A stretch of 20,000 nucleotides of DNA from Vicugna vicugna (taxonomy: Eukaryota), in NCBI GenBank assembly GCA_013265495.1, contig MU061578.1, forward strand, positions 5,157,034-5,177,033, written 5' to 3'. The translations under genes were made by a program, and so were the position numbers. This document shows, piece after piece, positions 1 to 11,073 of this stretch. The notes below the pieces were generated by a model that saw only the letters and a program-made list of their open reading frames with translations, had not been told where the DNA came from and made no database searches. Position 1 is the stretch's first letter. Every line of letters starts with the position of its first letter.

Positions 1-530
1 TCAGTTTTTGCCAGTTAACTTCTGTGTCCACAGAGTTGTCAAATAGCCTCATTGGAGACAAAGGAAGGCTGATCGGATGATCCCTGGAGATGCCACACAC
101 CGTTGGAAGGATGTCTAGTAATCTCATTTGTCCATTTCAAGTCTTCCACACTTTTCCCTACGGGGCTGCGTAAAAGAACAGAGACGTTTTTAACTGGTAA
201 GGGCCATGATCTAAGTGGTCTTTGGTTAAGCATCTCTGGTTGCTGTGGGAGAGGAGACTGGAGGGGTGCAGGGGACCTGTCAGGAGGCTGCTGCGGTGTC
301 TGGGGAGGGCTGCCAGCCCTGTGTGGATGGGGGGAAGGCCTGAGCTCTCCTGCTTGTTCGTTCTAGGCTGGAAACCCCTCGACTTGCTGATGGGTTGGTG
401 GGAGCTAAGAAGTATTATGTCAGTCTCAGCCTATCAGTGGTAATGCTGTTGGCTGGGGATGCCCGAGGCCGCCTCCTGGCCCCCATGGACATGTCGGGGT
501 GGGACCGGCCCTTGTGGTTCTTACTATGAT
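1..530 (-). mobile_element. Probable ERVL internal sequence following the LTR
   Basis: Directly abuts the LTR 3' end, and no target-site duplication flanks the LTR. The minus strand begins ATCATAGTAAGAACCACAAGGG, reminiscent of MER76-type internal leaders. Confidence 0.35.
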
Positions 531-973
531 TGTAAGAAACACCTTAGCAACAACCATCAGGAAACTGTGGGGAAAAAACAGATTTATTACTCACAGGTCC
601 TGGAGGGCACTTGGCACTCCCTAGGGCCACACAGCAGGTCTTGGGTAGAGACGGGGGTGGGGTGGCGGGGCTCAGCCTTTATTAGGGTCCAAGGGTGGGG
701 AGGCTGGGGTTTCTGGGGTTCGCTATTTATTGGTTAATTTAAAACCTAAGAGTGGGAATTTGAGCTCAGGAGGGGAAAAGTGGGGTCACTCCAGTGGTCA
801 GTTATCCAGGTCACCCAGGGCTTTCTCAAAGCGGACCTTCATGGGTGGGGCCGCCTTTCTCCTTATCTAGTGGTTAGCTGTGTCCCACCCACAGCTGGCA
901 ACGTGGTACTTTGAGACTGGTGTCTTTAAAATGGATGCCTTGGCAACCAAAAGTTTAATGTCAGACACTCACA
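531..973 (-). mobile_element. ERVL-class LTR (MER76-like)
   Basis: TG...CA termini (TGTAAG at 531, CTCACA ending at 973) and a minus-strand AATAAA at 583-588 near its 3' end. Family assigned from memory. Confidence 0.6.
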
Positions 974-974
974 G

Positions 975-1720
975 TGCAAATACATGTATTGGTCTCTGCC
1001 CCCCAACCTCCACCTTACTATTCTTAAAGTCCTTGGAATTCTTGGGTCATAGGAGCATCTTTTGTTCTGATGAGATGATTCTGGGTTGGCCTCTTTGGCT
1101 TCTGGGTGGGGATTGGTCACCAGAAGGACTAAGTGGTGTTTAGAAGCCTGGAACTTCCTGCCGCATCTCCCATCTTCTGGTGGGGGCAGGGGTTAGAGAG
1201 TGAGTTATTAATGGATCATGCCCATGTACTGAGCCACCATAAAAATCCTTAAGGTACAGGGTTCGGGAGGCTTCTAGGTTGGTGAACACATCCACGTGTG
1301 AGGCAGGTGGCACACCCCAGCTCCACGGGGACAGAAGCTCCCGCAGTCAGGACCCTGCTGGGCTTTACCCTCTGTGCCTCCTCACCTGGCTGTCCATCTG
1401 TGTCCTTTATTATACTCTAAACTGGTTAGTGTTTCCCTGAGTTCTGTGAGTTGTTAGAGCAAATTATGGGACAGGAATAGGTGAGGTCCTGGAAACTCCT
1501 GATTTGCAGCCACATTGGACAGAAGTGCGAGGGACCTAAGGACCCACCACTGTGCTTGACATCTGAAATGGGGGGAGTCTTGGGGCATTGAGCCTTTAAT
1601 CTGTGGGGTCTGCGCAAAGTCCAATTAGGATCGGTACTGAGTTAAGTTGTAGGACACCCAGCTGGTGTCCACAGAGAACCAGAGTGGAAAAACTGACACA
1701 TCTGGTGTCAAAAGTATTCC
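975..1720 (+). mobile_element. MER21-like LTR
   Basis: Characteristic blocks: GGTTGGTGAACACATCCACGTG, CCCAGCTCCACGGGGACAGAAGCTCC, TTTCCCTGAGTTCTGTGAG, TGTAGGACACCCAGCTGGTGTC. Confidence 0.85.
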
Positions 1721-1789
1721 ATGTGTACAAAAGAAATAGTCTTTCCTTTTCGGCTGGCTATGGGCGGGGAGGAGAAGGATGCATGGAAT

Positions 1790-1865
1790 ATGACTCTCAG
1801 GCATACGGCCTGAACACCTGGGTAAATGGTGGTGTCATTTTCTGAGACCGGAGGCCCGGGAGGGT
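1790..1865 (-). mobile_element. L2 LINE fragment
   Basis: ATGACTCTCAGGCATACGGCCTGAACACCTGGGTAAATGGTGGTGTCATTTTCTGAGA resembles antisense L2. Confidence 0.6.
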
Positions 1866-3188
1866 GTCTGGATTTGAGAGGATCTCAGGATTCCCTAGTT
1901 GGAGATGCCTGCCAGGAGTCCCAGTCCCAGCACCCAGCCTGTGTCTTGAAGGCACAGCTGTGGAGGGGAGGGGAGGGGCTCTCTCCTCCCAAGGCCCTGG
2001 CCCAGAGGGACGTCGCAGTCCCAGCTGCGGACTGACTCCCCCAGAGCTGCCGGTCCTTCTCCTGGAGAAACGATCCACACTCTGACTTCCCCAGAAGCCA
2101 TTCATTAGCAGTAATTAGCACAGTCACTTATTTCCCTGGAGGGTAGATGGGGGAGGAGGAACGTGCTTGGAGGAGGCTCTCCACCCTGTGGGGGAAGCCA
2201 GAGCCGGTTCTCCATTGCCTCCGCTGCGGCCAGCATGACGTGGCTGCCCAGGTCGTGGCTCTGTAGGTAGGTAGCCCTGCAGGCAGACCTGCACATCCCA
2301 GCTCTGTGTCCAGCTCACTTCTGGAACTGGGGCCCCTCATTCTGCACCTACCCCTAGACAAAGTTAATCCCATTGCAAGCAGTCACTTCTCTTTGTGAGC
2401 CCTTGGCCATGACCTCTGACCTCACGACTCCTAGGTCTGTGAGTCACCAGTGAGTCACCAACAGTGCTGTCCAAGCGGTGTTGGGCACCCCTCCAGGTGG
2501 CTCGCCTGGTGTGCCATCTTCTTTCTGCCCTTCCCAGATCAACTCTCCCCATCCGGCTCCGTCTGGGCTCAACCCTTCCCAGCCTGGAGCACCCCTCTCT
2601 GCTTCCTGGTCGGTGCAGAGGAAGTGCGGCCCTTCCAGACTGATCTCTCAGTGTTGTGGTGGGAGTAGCTTCTGTTTAGTCTTGGTTGGAAGGGAGAGCA
2701 GTGTGCTTGATGGTTGAAGGGGGCTCTAAGTCATGGGAGGAAAGGAGATGACATTTCTGTGGGAGGACTGGCCACCTTCCTCCCTGAAGATTCCCAACCC
2801 AGGCTGGTGGGATATTTTCCCAGAACAACCGGAGTCAATGGGGGAAAACATGCTTTAAGAATTCTCGTGTGCAGCCAACTTTTCTGAGGAGGAGTAGGTT
2901 GTGAAGAAAACGTGGGGGAATGCTCTTAGTCATGGAAGGAAGACTCCAGAGGAAGCTGCCATAGAGACCTGCCTTAGAGAAGGAGACAGAGCACTAAGGA
3001 TGGAGGAACAGGTACAAATGCAGTTTAAGAAAAGTGCTCTAGTCCTAGTGGCCAGCAAGAACAAGCAATGCTCTGTATTCCAGGAAGACATTAACCAGAG
3101 TAAAGATACACGGAGTCACGCAGTTAACATCCGGACCCTGGAGTCCAGCATCAAAGAGGCAGACAGTGGTGCAGAAGGAGGGGTGGAA

Positions 3189-3208
3189 TGTGTGTGTGTG
3201 TGTGTGTG
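3189..3208. repeat. (TG)10 microsatellite
   Basis: Perfect dinucleotide run read directly. Confidence 0.95.
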
Positions 3209-4276
3209 GCTCTGCATTTAGAGAGTGTGGGGTTGAGGAAGGGACTGGGGAGGAGGAACCCCTAAGTCTAGAGAAAGGAAGGCTGGGCAAGGAGGGGCAT
3301 GCTCAGTTTCCATCTAAGGAAATGTCAGGAGGACAGGTGATGCTGTTATAAGATGCAGAAATGTTTATTCCCCAGAATTTTAGGTGAGACTGGGGATAAG
3401 GAGTGCCTGGACCACACAGCCCAGGGTTGGAGAGCCTGAAGATGGAGAATTCGGTGTGCACCCATGTGGGGCTGGGTTCCTTGTGGAAGGGAGAAGAAAC
3501 AGGGCTCTGGGGACAGGACTAGGGTGAGTGGAACTGAGAAAGCCCGGAGGAGCCTGGGCAGAGGCAGAGAAGAATGTGAGGTCCAAGGGCGTAGGAGCTG
3601 TGGGGAGGCTCTGAGTGGGACCCGGGACCTGGGATGGGGTTGGAGCCAAGTCACACTCTAGTCCCCAAGAGGCAGGGAGTGACATCCAAACTCTCAGGAC
3701 AGGTCCAGAGTATGGTTAGATGGAAGGAAGGATGTCCCGGCAGGAAGGTGATGAAATGCCAGTCAGTGAGCTGTATCCTCCACCAGTGTCCCTGAGGCCA
3801 CCAAGGCCAAGTTCCTCAAAACCATTAGTGTCCCAGAAAACCTTGCCTGCAGACAGCACAACCTGGCCGTTGCTCAATCGGCTCTCAGCGTGGCGTGGCC
3901 GCCAGCCCTTCACCTGAGCAGCTCTTTCCCTGTGCAGTCATGACAGGCATGGTGGTGCTCGCTGGTCCTCTGCACAGATGGATAAACAGAACCTCAGGTT
4001 GAAAGAAGGAGCTGCTATTTATCTGGTTCCTCTGGAGCATTCTTCTTGCTCTGGGAGCTTACTTGAGTCACCTGGAGGGGATGGAGTGTCTGTTCTGTCC
4101 CAGGCAGTGGCCTCTGAGAGCAGGAAACACCCAAAGACCCGGTGCTGTGGCCAGTATCTCAGCGTGCAGGTGATGGGTGGGGCTGTGCTGCAATCAGGCT
4201 GCTCAGCCCAGTGGGGTGCAGTGTTGCCACAGCTTCTGAGGTTCATAAAAAGGTAGACATTCAGATTTTCCCCCCA

Positions 4277-4750
4277 TTTTTTAGTGTAGTGAAATATACC
4301 TAAGATTTACCATTTTTACCATTTCTCAGTGTGCAGTCCAATGGCATGATGTTCATTCAGTGTTGTGTGACCATTACTACCATACAACTCCAGAAGTCTT
4401 TTATCTTCCCAAACTCCTTACCCATTAAACAGTAACTCTGATCCCCCTCCCCCAGCCTCTGGCACCCGCCCTCTACTCTTGCTATGAATTGAACTGCTCT
4501 AGGGAATCTCCTACAGGTGGAATCATACAGTATTTGTCCTTTTGTGTCTGGCTTATTTCACTCAGTATAACGTCCTCAAAGTTCATGCATGTTGTAGTGA
4601 GTGTGAGTGCTTCACTCCTCTTTATGTCTAAATAATACATAATGGACTACATTTTGTTTATCCATTCATCCATCAATGGACACATGGGTTGTTTCCACTT
4701 TCTGGCTCTTGTGACTAATGCTGCTGTGATCAGGGGTGTGCAAATATCTG
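4277..4750 (-). mobile_element. L1 (L1MB-like) 3' end
   Basis: AT-rich. Contains GTGGAATCATACAGTATTTGTCCTTTTGTGTCTGGCTTATTTCACTCAG and TTATCCATTCATCCATCAATGGACAC, typical of antisense L1M 3' ends. Confidence 0.9.
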
Positions 4751-5759
4751 AGCAGAGAGTCAGACACTTGTACACTCGTGTTCCCAGCAGAATTAATCAA
4801 AATTCAGATTTTTTTTAAAATGTGGATTTGCCCAATTGAAAAAACAAACAAGACTGCAGATCTGACCAAACCCACGGGAGGGCTGGATTCCACACCTGGT
4901 TTGCAGTGCTCATCTCAGAGCCGAGGAATTGGGGGGCCCCTCTGGCCCAGGGGCTTGCCTGGAGTTCAGTGTGGCTCACCCCCAGGCTTCCCTCCCCAGC
5001 TTGGAGAGATCCAGCCTCTCCCTACAGAAAACACAGCTCACCACCTTGGAGCCAGGGCCGGAACCTCAGGAAAATGAAGCACAGAGTAGAGAGCAGGTCC
5101 CACCTGCCGTTGTTCTCTGCTGGGTCCCTCCGTCTGCAGGGCTCCCCATCAGAGCCTCTTTCTCCGGGGATCAGAGGAACACTGATGACATTACAGGTCA
5201 GAGCACCCTAGGCTTCGACCTCCTACTTTCCCCAAATTCCCACCCTGGGAACCCTTGGGCCCGAAACGCCCTGCCGACCTCTCCCCCATCACAGAGGGAG
5301 AGAAGACAAAGACGCTGTCCAGGGTGACCAGATGTCTGGGTTTGCTTGGTTGGTTGTCACCATATCACCTGCCTTGCCCACTAGCACCTGCCTATCCACC
5401 TCCTTCCATCTCCATGGCCACTCAGAGTCCCTGCCCCAGGCTCACCTGGACACGACCCTGCCTCCCACCTGTCTCCCCTCACCCCTTCCTGCACCTCTGA
5501 TCCATGTGGCAACCCAACACCACTAGGCAGAGAGCCTCAGCCGCCACCCTGCCCTTCAGCCAAGGCTCCCTTGCCTGGGTGGGCCCGCAATATCCCTGGT
5601 GGGTCCCATCCCGAACACCCTGGCCCCTTACCCAGGAACTCTTACGCCACCCCTTCTCCTAGTGTCCCCAGCTCATCCTCTGGAGCCCGGCTCAGTGTAC
5701 CCCCCACAGGGAGGCCGGGTGGCAGAGCCCTTAGCCCCTGCACCTCTCCTTTGTCACTC

Positions 5760-6156
5760 AAATCCTCCAGTTCTACCCACCCAAGCCTTTGAATTTCCTC
5801 TTCCTGGGGTTGGAATGGCCTCTGACTGCACCCACAACTCTGCCTGCCTCCTGCAAGTCTCAGTGCAAGGTTTGCACTGCCCCTGGGCTCCGGATTTAAG
5901 ACGGCAACCCCCTTCTCCATCCCTCACCTCCCGTTCCCCCCTCTTACCCCTCCCATCCCCACCCTCTATCCCAGGGCCCCTTCCGGCTTTGCTTTTCCCA
6001 GTAGACTTTATCTTCTTGTCGACGAAATGACGTACTTAGTTATGTTGTTTATTCTGCTTCCTCCAGTGTCCCTGCCATGAGGGCAGGGATTGTTTTCGGT
6101 TTGTTCACAGCGGTATCACAGCAGGTGCTCGGTAGGTTGTGTTGCATAATGAATGG
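5760..6156 (+). mobile_element. L2 LINE 3' end
   Basis: CCATGAGGGCAGGGATTGTTTTCGGTTTGTTCACAGCGGTATC...AATGAATG tail. Confidence 0.7.
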
Positions 6157-6399
6157 AAACCCCGATGAGATATCTGCCCTGACTCTGATGCCCATGTCTG
6201 AAATGCTGAGGGTGAGTCACTTCGGACTGAGCATCGGCAGCTCCAGCTCCTGTTGCATGTAATGCCTCTGCAGACTTGTCTGTCATCCCCACCTCCCGGC
6301 AAAGTCATCAGTGGCCCTGAGATGGCCAGGCAGGGACACGGGAGGGTGGGTTGCCACGTGGGCAGCCCATCCGTCTTCTGTCCAGGCAAAGAGATGCTC

Positions 6400-6467
6400 A
6401 GCTGTGATGCCCGGCTTGGGTCTGGCGTACGACAGTCAGTCGAATATCTTGTTGAATGAATGTTGAA
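6400..6467 (+). mobile_element. L2 3' terminal fragment
   Basis: GAATATCTTGTTGAATGAATG tail motif. Confidence 0.6.
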
Positions 6468-6770
6468 TCATGCGAGGTCTCCACCCCCTGGGAACTGGAG
6501 AGACAGTCTGTGGGGCCCTTGCTCAGGACTTGTGCCAGGAAGTCTTCGCTGGCTTTTCAGAACTCCCTTTGGTTCTTCGCAGGCCCTCTTTCTCAGAACC
6601 ATCTTCCTGGCCACCCTATATTGAGGACAGGAACATCTTGGGGCACATGCCTTCCTCTTGGGTCACCTGGGCAGTGATCCAGCTTGCATGAACAGCAGGA
6701 AAAGCTGGAACAGAGAGGAACTGGAGAGGCAGGCGGCTGGAGCAGTCAGTCTCCCACCTCTTCCACGCTT

Positions 6771-6830
6771 GTTTATTCATTCAACAAATATCCACTGAGA
6801 CCCAGTGTGCACCAGACACCAATCTAGATC
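6771..6830 (-). mobile_element. L2 3' terminal fragment
   Basis: TTTATTCATTCAACAAATATCCACTGAGACCCAGTGTGCACCAGACAC is an antisense L2 tail. Confidence 0.75.
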
Positions 6831-6999
6831 CCCAGGATCCCATGAGGAACCTCCTCACACTGTCCCTCCCCTCGAGGAGTCACAGCACTCAGCACCCACC
6901 CTCAGGGTGGCCCTCCAGGGTCCATGCCCACCTCCCACTCCTTCCCTGACACTCCTCCCCCACCCCAGGCCCCAGGCCTCTGTGCCCATCCTCCTGTGA

Positions 7000-7137
7000 T
7001 CACTTGCTCACCTGCCTCCCACCCCCGGGGAAGATATGTGCTGCCTGAGGATAGGACCTGTGTCTTATTCACCATCGTGTCCTGGTGCCCAGTGTGGGAC
7101 CTGGCAGTAGAGCAGGTGCCCAGTAAATGCTTGTCGG
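7000..7137 (+). mobile_element. L2 3' end
   Basis: TGAGGATAGGACCTGTGTCTTATTCACC...CCTGGCAGTAGAGCAGGTGCCCAGTAAATGCTTGT. Confidence 0.7.
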
Positions 7138-8007
7138 GTAAGCTGGGGAGGCCAACCACCTTAGTTTCAGGAAGGGAGTGGGTTGGGGGAGCACAAGGGG
7201 CCAGGCCAGCCACGGGGTACAGAGGGGAACCCAGGACAGAGAGGTCAGGGAGGTCCCCTCCCCTAGCCAGCTGGCATTTCTGCTTGGCTGACACCAAAAG
7301 TGCTTCTCTCATTGGCCACTCTGTTTCCCTGCAGTCTCTCCATCCCCAGGCCTGGGACAGAGAGGAATGCAGCAGCTAGGAGCTTCCAGCTCCAGCACCC
7401 CGTCCTTGCCTTGTCTTTGGCTGGAGTGGGGCAGGGACCTCCATGCAGCAGGAGGGCATGTCTAGCTGGTGGTTTAAACCCGAGGGTCTCCTGTCCTCCT
7501 AACAGAAGCAGGGCCTAGTTAAATACAGTGACAATACTCCTTGATACTTACAACATCCAGGGCTATCTCTCTCTTGCAGACTCTTAGAATCCCTAACAGC
7601 CCCAGGAGGCGGGGAGCACAGGAGTCCACCCCAGGGCAGGCTCTGGGGACACAGAGTGTGTTAGCTAAGCTATGACGGGCGGTCTGCCCATCTAGGACCC
7701 ACACAGCAGCCCCTCCCAGTGCCCCGACTCACCCACCAGGCACTCACTCCCTCTCTCCTCCAACCTAGGACATCTCCACCGGCCCCCATCCCCATGCCTC
7801 TGCAGGGCCAACTCCAGCTTTTCCTTCAGCCTCCTTTTCGAAGTCCTTCTTTCTGGGCAACCCTCATTTTCCCTCCAGCAGTCTTCAGGTGCCTCCCTTG
7901 GGCTCCCACCCCCCTAGCACTTCTGACCCTGGGTGGTAATCATCTATCCACTGGGCTTGACTCCCTCAGGGCTCCCTGAATCTAGTCCAGTTGCCTTTCT
8001 CCAGAAT

Positions 8008-8185
8008 CGGGTTCACATCCAGGTTCCACCACTCACCAGCTAGGGGCCCTTGGGTAAGTCACTAAGCTCCCCCCGTGGCCTCAGTTTGCTCAGCTGCAGA
8101 GTGGGAATAAGAATAAGAGAACTTGCGGATTAAATGAGGTGGCGCCTGGCTCACGAAGCTCCCCGCAAATGCTGTTGTCTCCATG
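8008..8185 (+). mobile_element. MIR SINE
   Basis: Core CCTTGGGTAAGTCACTAAGCTCCCCCCGTGGCCTCAGTTTGCTCAGCTGCAGAGTGGGAATAA...GGATTAAATGAG. Confidence 0.85.
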
Positions 8186-9115
8186 CCCCGCCCCAGGCAT
8201 ACCCAGGGCCCAGCGAGGGGTTTGTTTATCACATGGTTGAGAGACAAAGATACACAGTCTGTGTCGGAAGAAGCCTGACCCTCCGGCTTGGGGTGTGGGT
8301 GTCTGCAGGATGGGGCCTCCTGGGTCGTGAGGGTAGGCTCTATGGGGGAGCACCTTGCATCTGACACCTCCTACCCGGGCTCCCCCATCAAGCATCGCCC
8401 AGGAGCCATTTGACCCCCAACGGGGAGTCCAGGGGATCCCAGGAGCATAGGGGCTGGGCTGGGGTTGGCACCCTTTCATGGCAGCTGCATCTGTCACAGC
8501 CACCTGGGGAACCTGGCTGGCCCCGCCTGGGCTTCCCGGGAGTCCAGGTGAGAGATGAGTCCTCAGGTGACAAGGCCCACAGGAAGATGGCCTAGGGATG
8601 GGAGGCCATTGGGGGCCTGATTCACAGCCTTCTGGGAAATGAGTTAACGGGATCCCAGAGTCCCGGGCTGGGCCAAGTCTCCTGCTGATTCATAGGAGCC
8701 GTTACCAAGCCTCTGAGCAGCCCCTCACCCGCCCCCATCTCTCCCCAAGGCCCTGGGGCCTCCCCATCAGCCCACCCCCAGCCTTTTGCCACTGCAGACC
8801 CAGGCCCCAGGGTCTGAGCACCTTCCCTCCCCACCCGGACCCCCTCCCTTTCAAGCCCTGGAGACCTTTCTCTGCCCTGCTCCCCAGTCAAGGTCAAGGC
8901 CAGAGCCTAGACCTGTGGGCCCAGTTCCCTTGTCTGCCCCTCTAGAGGCCAGGTCCTGAGCCCCAGATCCAGGCCCAAGGTAGGGGTCCCAGCTAGAGCC
9001 CCCCAGTCCCCTTAACGGCTTATTTCCTCCTGGAAGCCCCACCTCCTCCCTGTGACCCACAGCCCAGGGTGGCAGGGACTGAGCCACTCACTTGGGGGAC
9101 TGGTCTGACGGCATT

Positions 9116-9133
9116 CCGCCTCCCAGGATAAAA
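9116..9133 (+). promoter_or_regulatory. Putative PRSS22 core promoter: GC box plus TATA-like GATAAAA
   Basis: CCGCCTCC at 9116-9123 followed by GATAAAA at 9127-9133, about 60 nt upstream of the ATG. Position inferred; no TSS data. Confidence 0.55.
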
Positions 9134-9193
9134 CCTGGTGCGGCCTGCAGAGAACCCTGCGCACTCTTGTTGGCAGCTGCGACCCAATCCGCC

Positions 9194-9272
9194 ATGGTGT
9201 TTCCTGGGACTCCAGCCCTGGGGGGGCGCTGCCCCAGGATCTTAACCTCCCTGCTGCTTCTGGTTGCTACAG
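9194..9272 (+). CDS. PRSS22: Serine protease 22 (tryptase epsilon/BSSP-4), coding exon 1, signal peptide
   Basis: Strong Kozak GCCATGG with ATG at 9194. Encodes MVFPGTPALGGRCPRILTSLLLLVAT, resembling the human PRSS22 leader. Donor AG|GTGAGT, phase 1. Confidence 0.93.
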
Positions 9273-9409
9273 GTGAGTCCCAAGGACCTGCTGCCCCTCC
9301 CTCCTCCCCTCCCTCCAGTCCACCCAGCTGCCTTCCCTCTTGGTCCTGCTTGAATCCAGTGTCCTCCCATCTGTTGTTTTGTCCTCTCTCTCTCACTCCC
9401 CTCTCCCTC

Positions 9410-9545
9410 GCTAGTTATTTGACTGCTCTGAGCCTCAGTTTCCTCCACCGCTGTCAGGAGTACATGAAACTCTCCACGTAGGCGCCAAGGACAGGGCTTA
9501 GCACACAGTCAGCACTCAGTGGGCTTCAGCTCGAGTGGTTATTTA
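9410..9545 (+). mobile_element. MIR SINE remnant in PRSS22 intron 1
   Basis: AGTTATTTGACTGCTCTGAGCCTCAGTTTCCTC...GCTTAGCACACAGTC. Confidence 0.65.
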
Positions 9546-9935
9546 CCATCTTCATCTCTCCCTCCCTCTCCTGGGCTCTGCACATTTTACTGCTGGGGCA
9601 GGAGCATCCCGGCCTCTGGCCTGGGCTTGGGGGTGGTGGGGAGATGGTCCTCATTCTCACCCTCAGTGAGATGCCCCAGGAGCTAGCCCCTCATCCTTCA
9701 GGCAGGCTTAATGGAGCCTGGGCACAGGATGAACAGGAAGCTGGTGGGAGGGTAAGGCCGCAGCTTATGGTGAGGGCCTGAGGTTTCTGTCCGCCCTACT
9801 CAGGCTTCAGGAAATGCCCCTGCCAGGGCGGCCTGGAGGGGCCCCAGGGAATGAGCCCCTGGAGGAGATCACTAGGCACAGAGGGTGGAGGGGCTCCTCT
9901 TCACTGGCCTGACCCTTTCTTTATCTTGCCCTCAG

Positions 9936-9962
9936 CCACCCTCGCTGCTGCCCAAACAACTG
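9936..9962 (+). CDS. PRSS22: PRSS22 coding exon 2 (27-nt micro-exon)
   Basis: Pyrimidine tract plus CTCAG acceptor and TG|GTAAGT donor, phase 1-1. Encodes (A)TLAAAQTT(E), matching human AILNAARIP in position and length. Confidence 0.9.
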
Positions 9963-10370
9963 GTAAGTAGGAGCTGCCCTGCGGGGAAGGGGGAGGGAGG
10001 CAGCCCGAAGGGTGGGGCAGTGTCTGTGTCTTTGGGGACAGATCAGAAGTGGGTAGTGGGGAAGAGAGGGGTTGATCTGGAGGAAGGCAGGCAGGAAAGG
10101 AGGGCCAGAGAATCAGACGTGGAGATGGGCGAGTGGCCCCAGAAGGTAAAAGGAATAGAGAACCGAGTGCCCAGCCAGAGGGGAGGGCATTGGATGTAGG
10201 GGCCAGGAAGGAAGCAGGGAAGGAAGGGGGAGGGGCTGGGCAGGAGGACAGGGTGGGAGGGGGTTAGGGGAGGAGTGCAGCACAGGTCTAAGTGCTGGAG
10301 GCTGGAAGGGAAGCTGGAAGAGGGAGGACTGTGTCTGAGGGGGTGACAGCCCGGGACCCTTCCCCTCCAG

Positions 10371-10542
10371 AGCCCCCAGCCTGTGGGAGGCCCCAGCGGC
10401 TGAGCCGGATTGTGGGTGGTGAGGACAGCACTGATGCCGAGTGGCCCTGGGTCGTGAGCATCCAGAAGAACGGCACCCACCACTGCGCGGGCTCCCTGCT
10501 CACCAGGCACTGGGTGGTCACGGCGGCCCACTGCTTCAAGGG
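10371..10542 (+). CDS. PRSS22: PRSS22 coding exon 3: propeptide, activation site and catalytic His
   Basis: Acceptor CCTCCAG. Encodes [56 protein letters not shown], with the His codon at 10529-10531. Donor GG|GTACTC, phase 2. Confidence 0.97.
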
Positions 10543-10795
10543 GTACTCACAGCCGGTCCCCTCCACTCCGTTCTCCAGGCTTCCCACCCCAGACCCTGGG
10601 CTCCCCACTCAGCCCCAGCTTCCAGACCTCAGTCAGTCCTGAGGCGCCTCCCGAGAAGCCTTGCTTCTGCCAGGAAGCTTCTCTGGCTTTCCAGGGGCCT
10701 TCATATGCAGGCTGTTCCCCCAGACATCCTTCCCAGACCCTTCCTAGCCACCCAGTGGTGCCTGGCTGATCCCACCCCTGCCTTCTTCCTTCCAG

Positions 10796-11073
10796 CAATC
10801 TGAACAAACCAGCCCAGTTCTCTGTGTTGCTGGGGGCCTGGCAGCTGGGGAACCCCGGCCTGAGGTCCCAGGAGGTGGGTATCGCCTGGGTGCAGCCCCA
10901 CCCTGTGTACTCCTGGAAGGAAGGCTCCCGTGCTGACATCGCCCTGGTGCGCCTGGAGCACTCAATCCAGTTCTCTGAACGAGTCCTGCCCATCTGCCTG
11001 CCTGATTCCTCCGTCCGCCTCCTTCCGGACACCAACTGCTGGATCGCTGGCTGGGGGAGTATCAATGATGGAG
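10796..11073 (+). CDS. PRSS22: PRSS22 coding exon 4: catalytic Asp
   Basis: Acceptor TTCCTTCCAG. Encodes [21 protein letters not shown]...ADIALVRL...LPICLP...[12 protein letters not shown], with the Asp codon at 10935-10937. Donor AG|GTGCGG. Confidence 0.97.

Noticed and set aside
130..235. Minus-strand LKTSLFFYAAP*GKV, vaguely like a retroviral env TM motif
   Set aside because: Cysteines are absent, stops are present, and the match is too short to support.
6440..6800. Inverted pair of L2 tails, as in L2-derived miRNAs
   Set aside because: The arms are about 300 nt apart with only ~17 nt of complementarity, unlike a pre-miRNA.
9092..9193. Upstream in-frame extension of PRSS22 in the ORF track
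   Set aside because: Starts at a TTG upstream of the TATA-like box; the Kozak ATG at 9194 matches the known leader.
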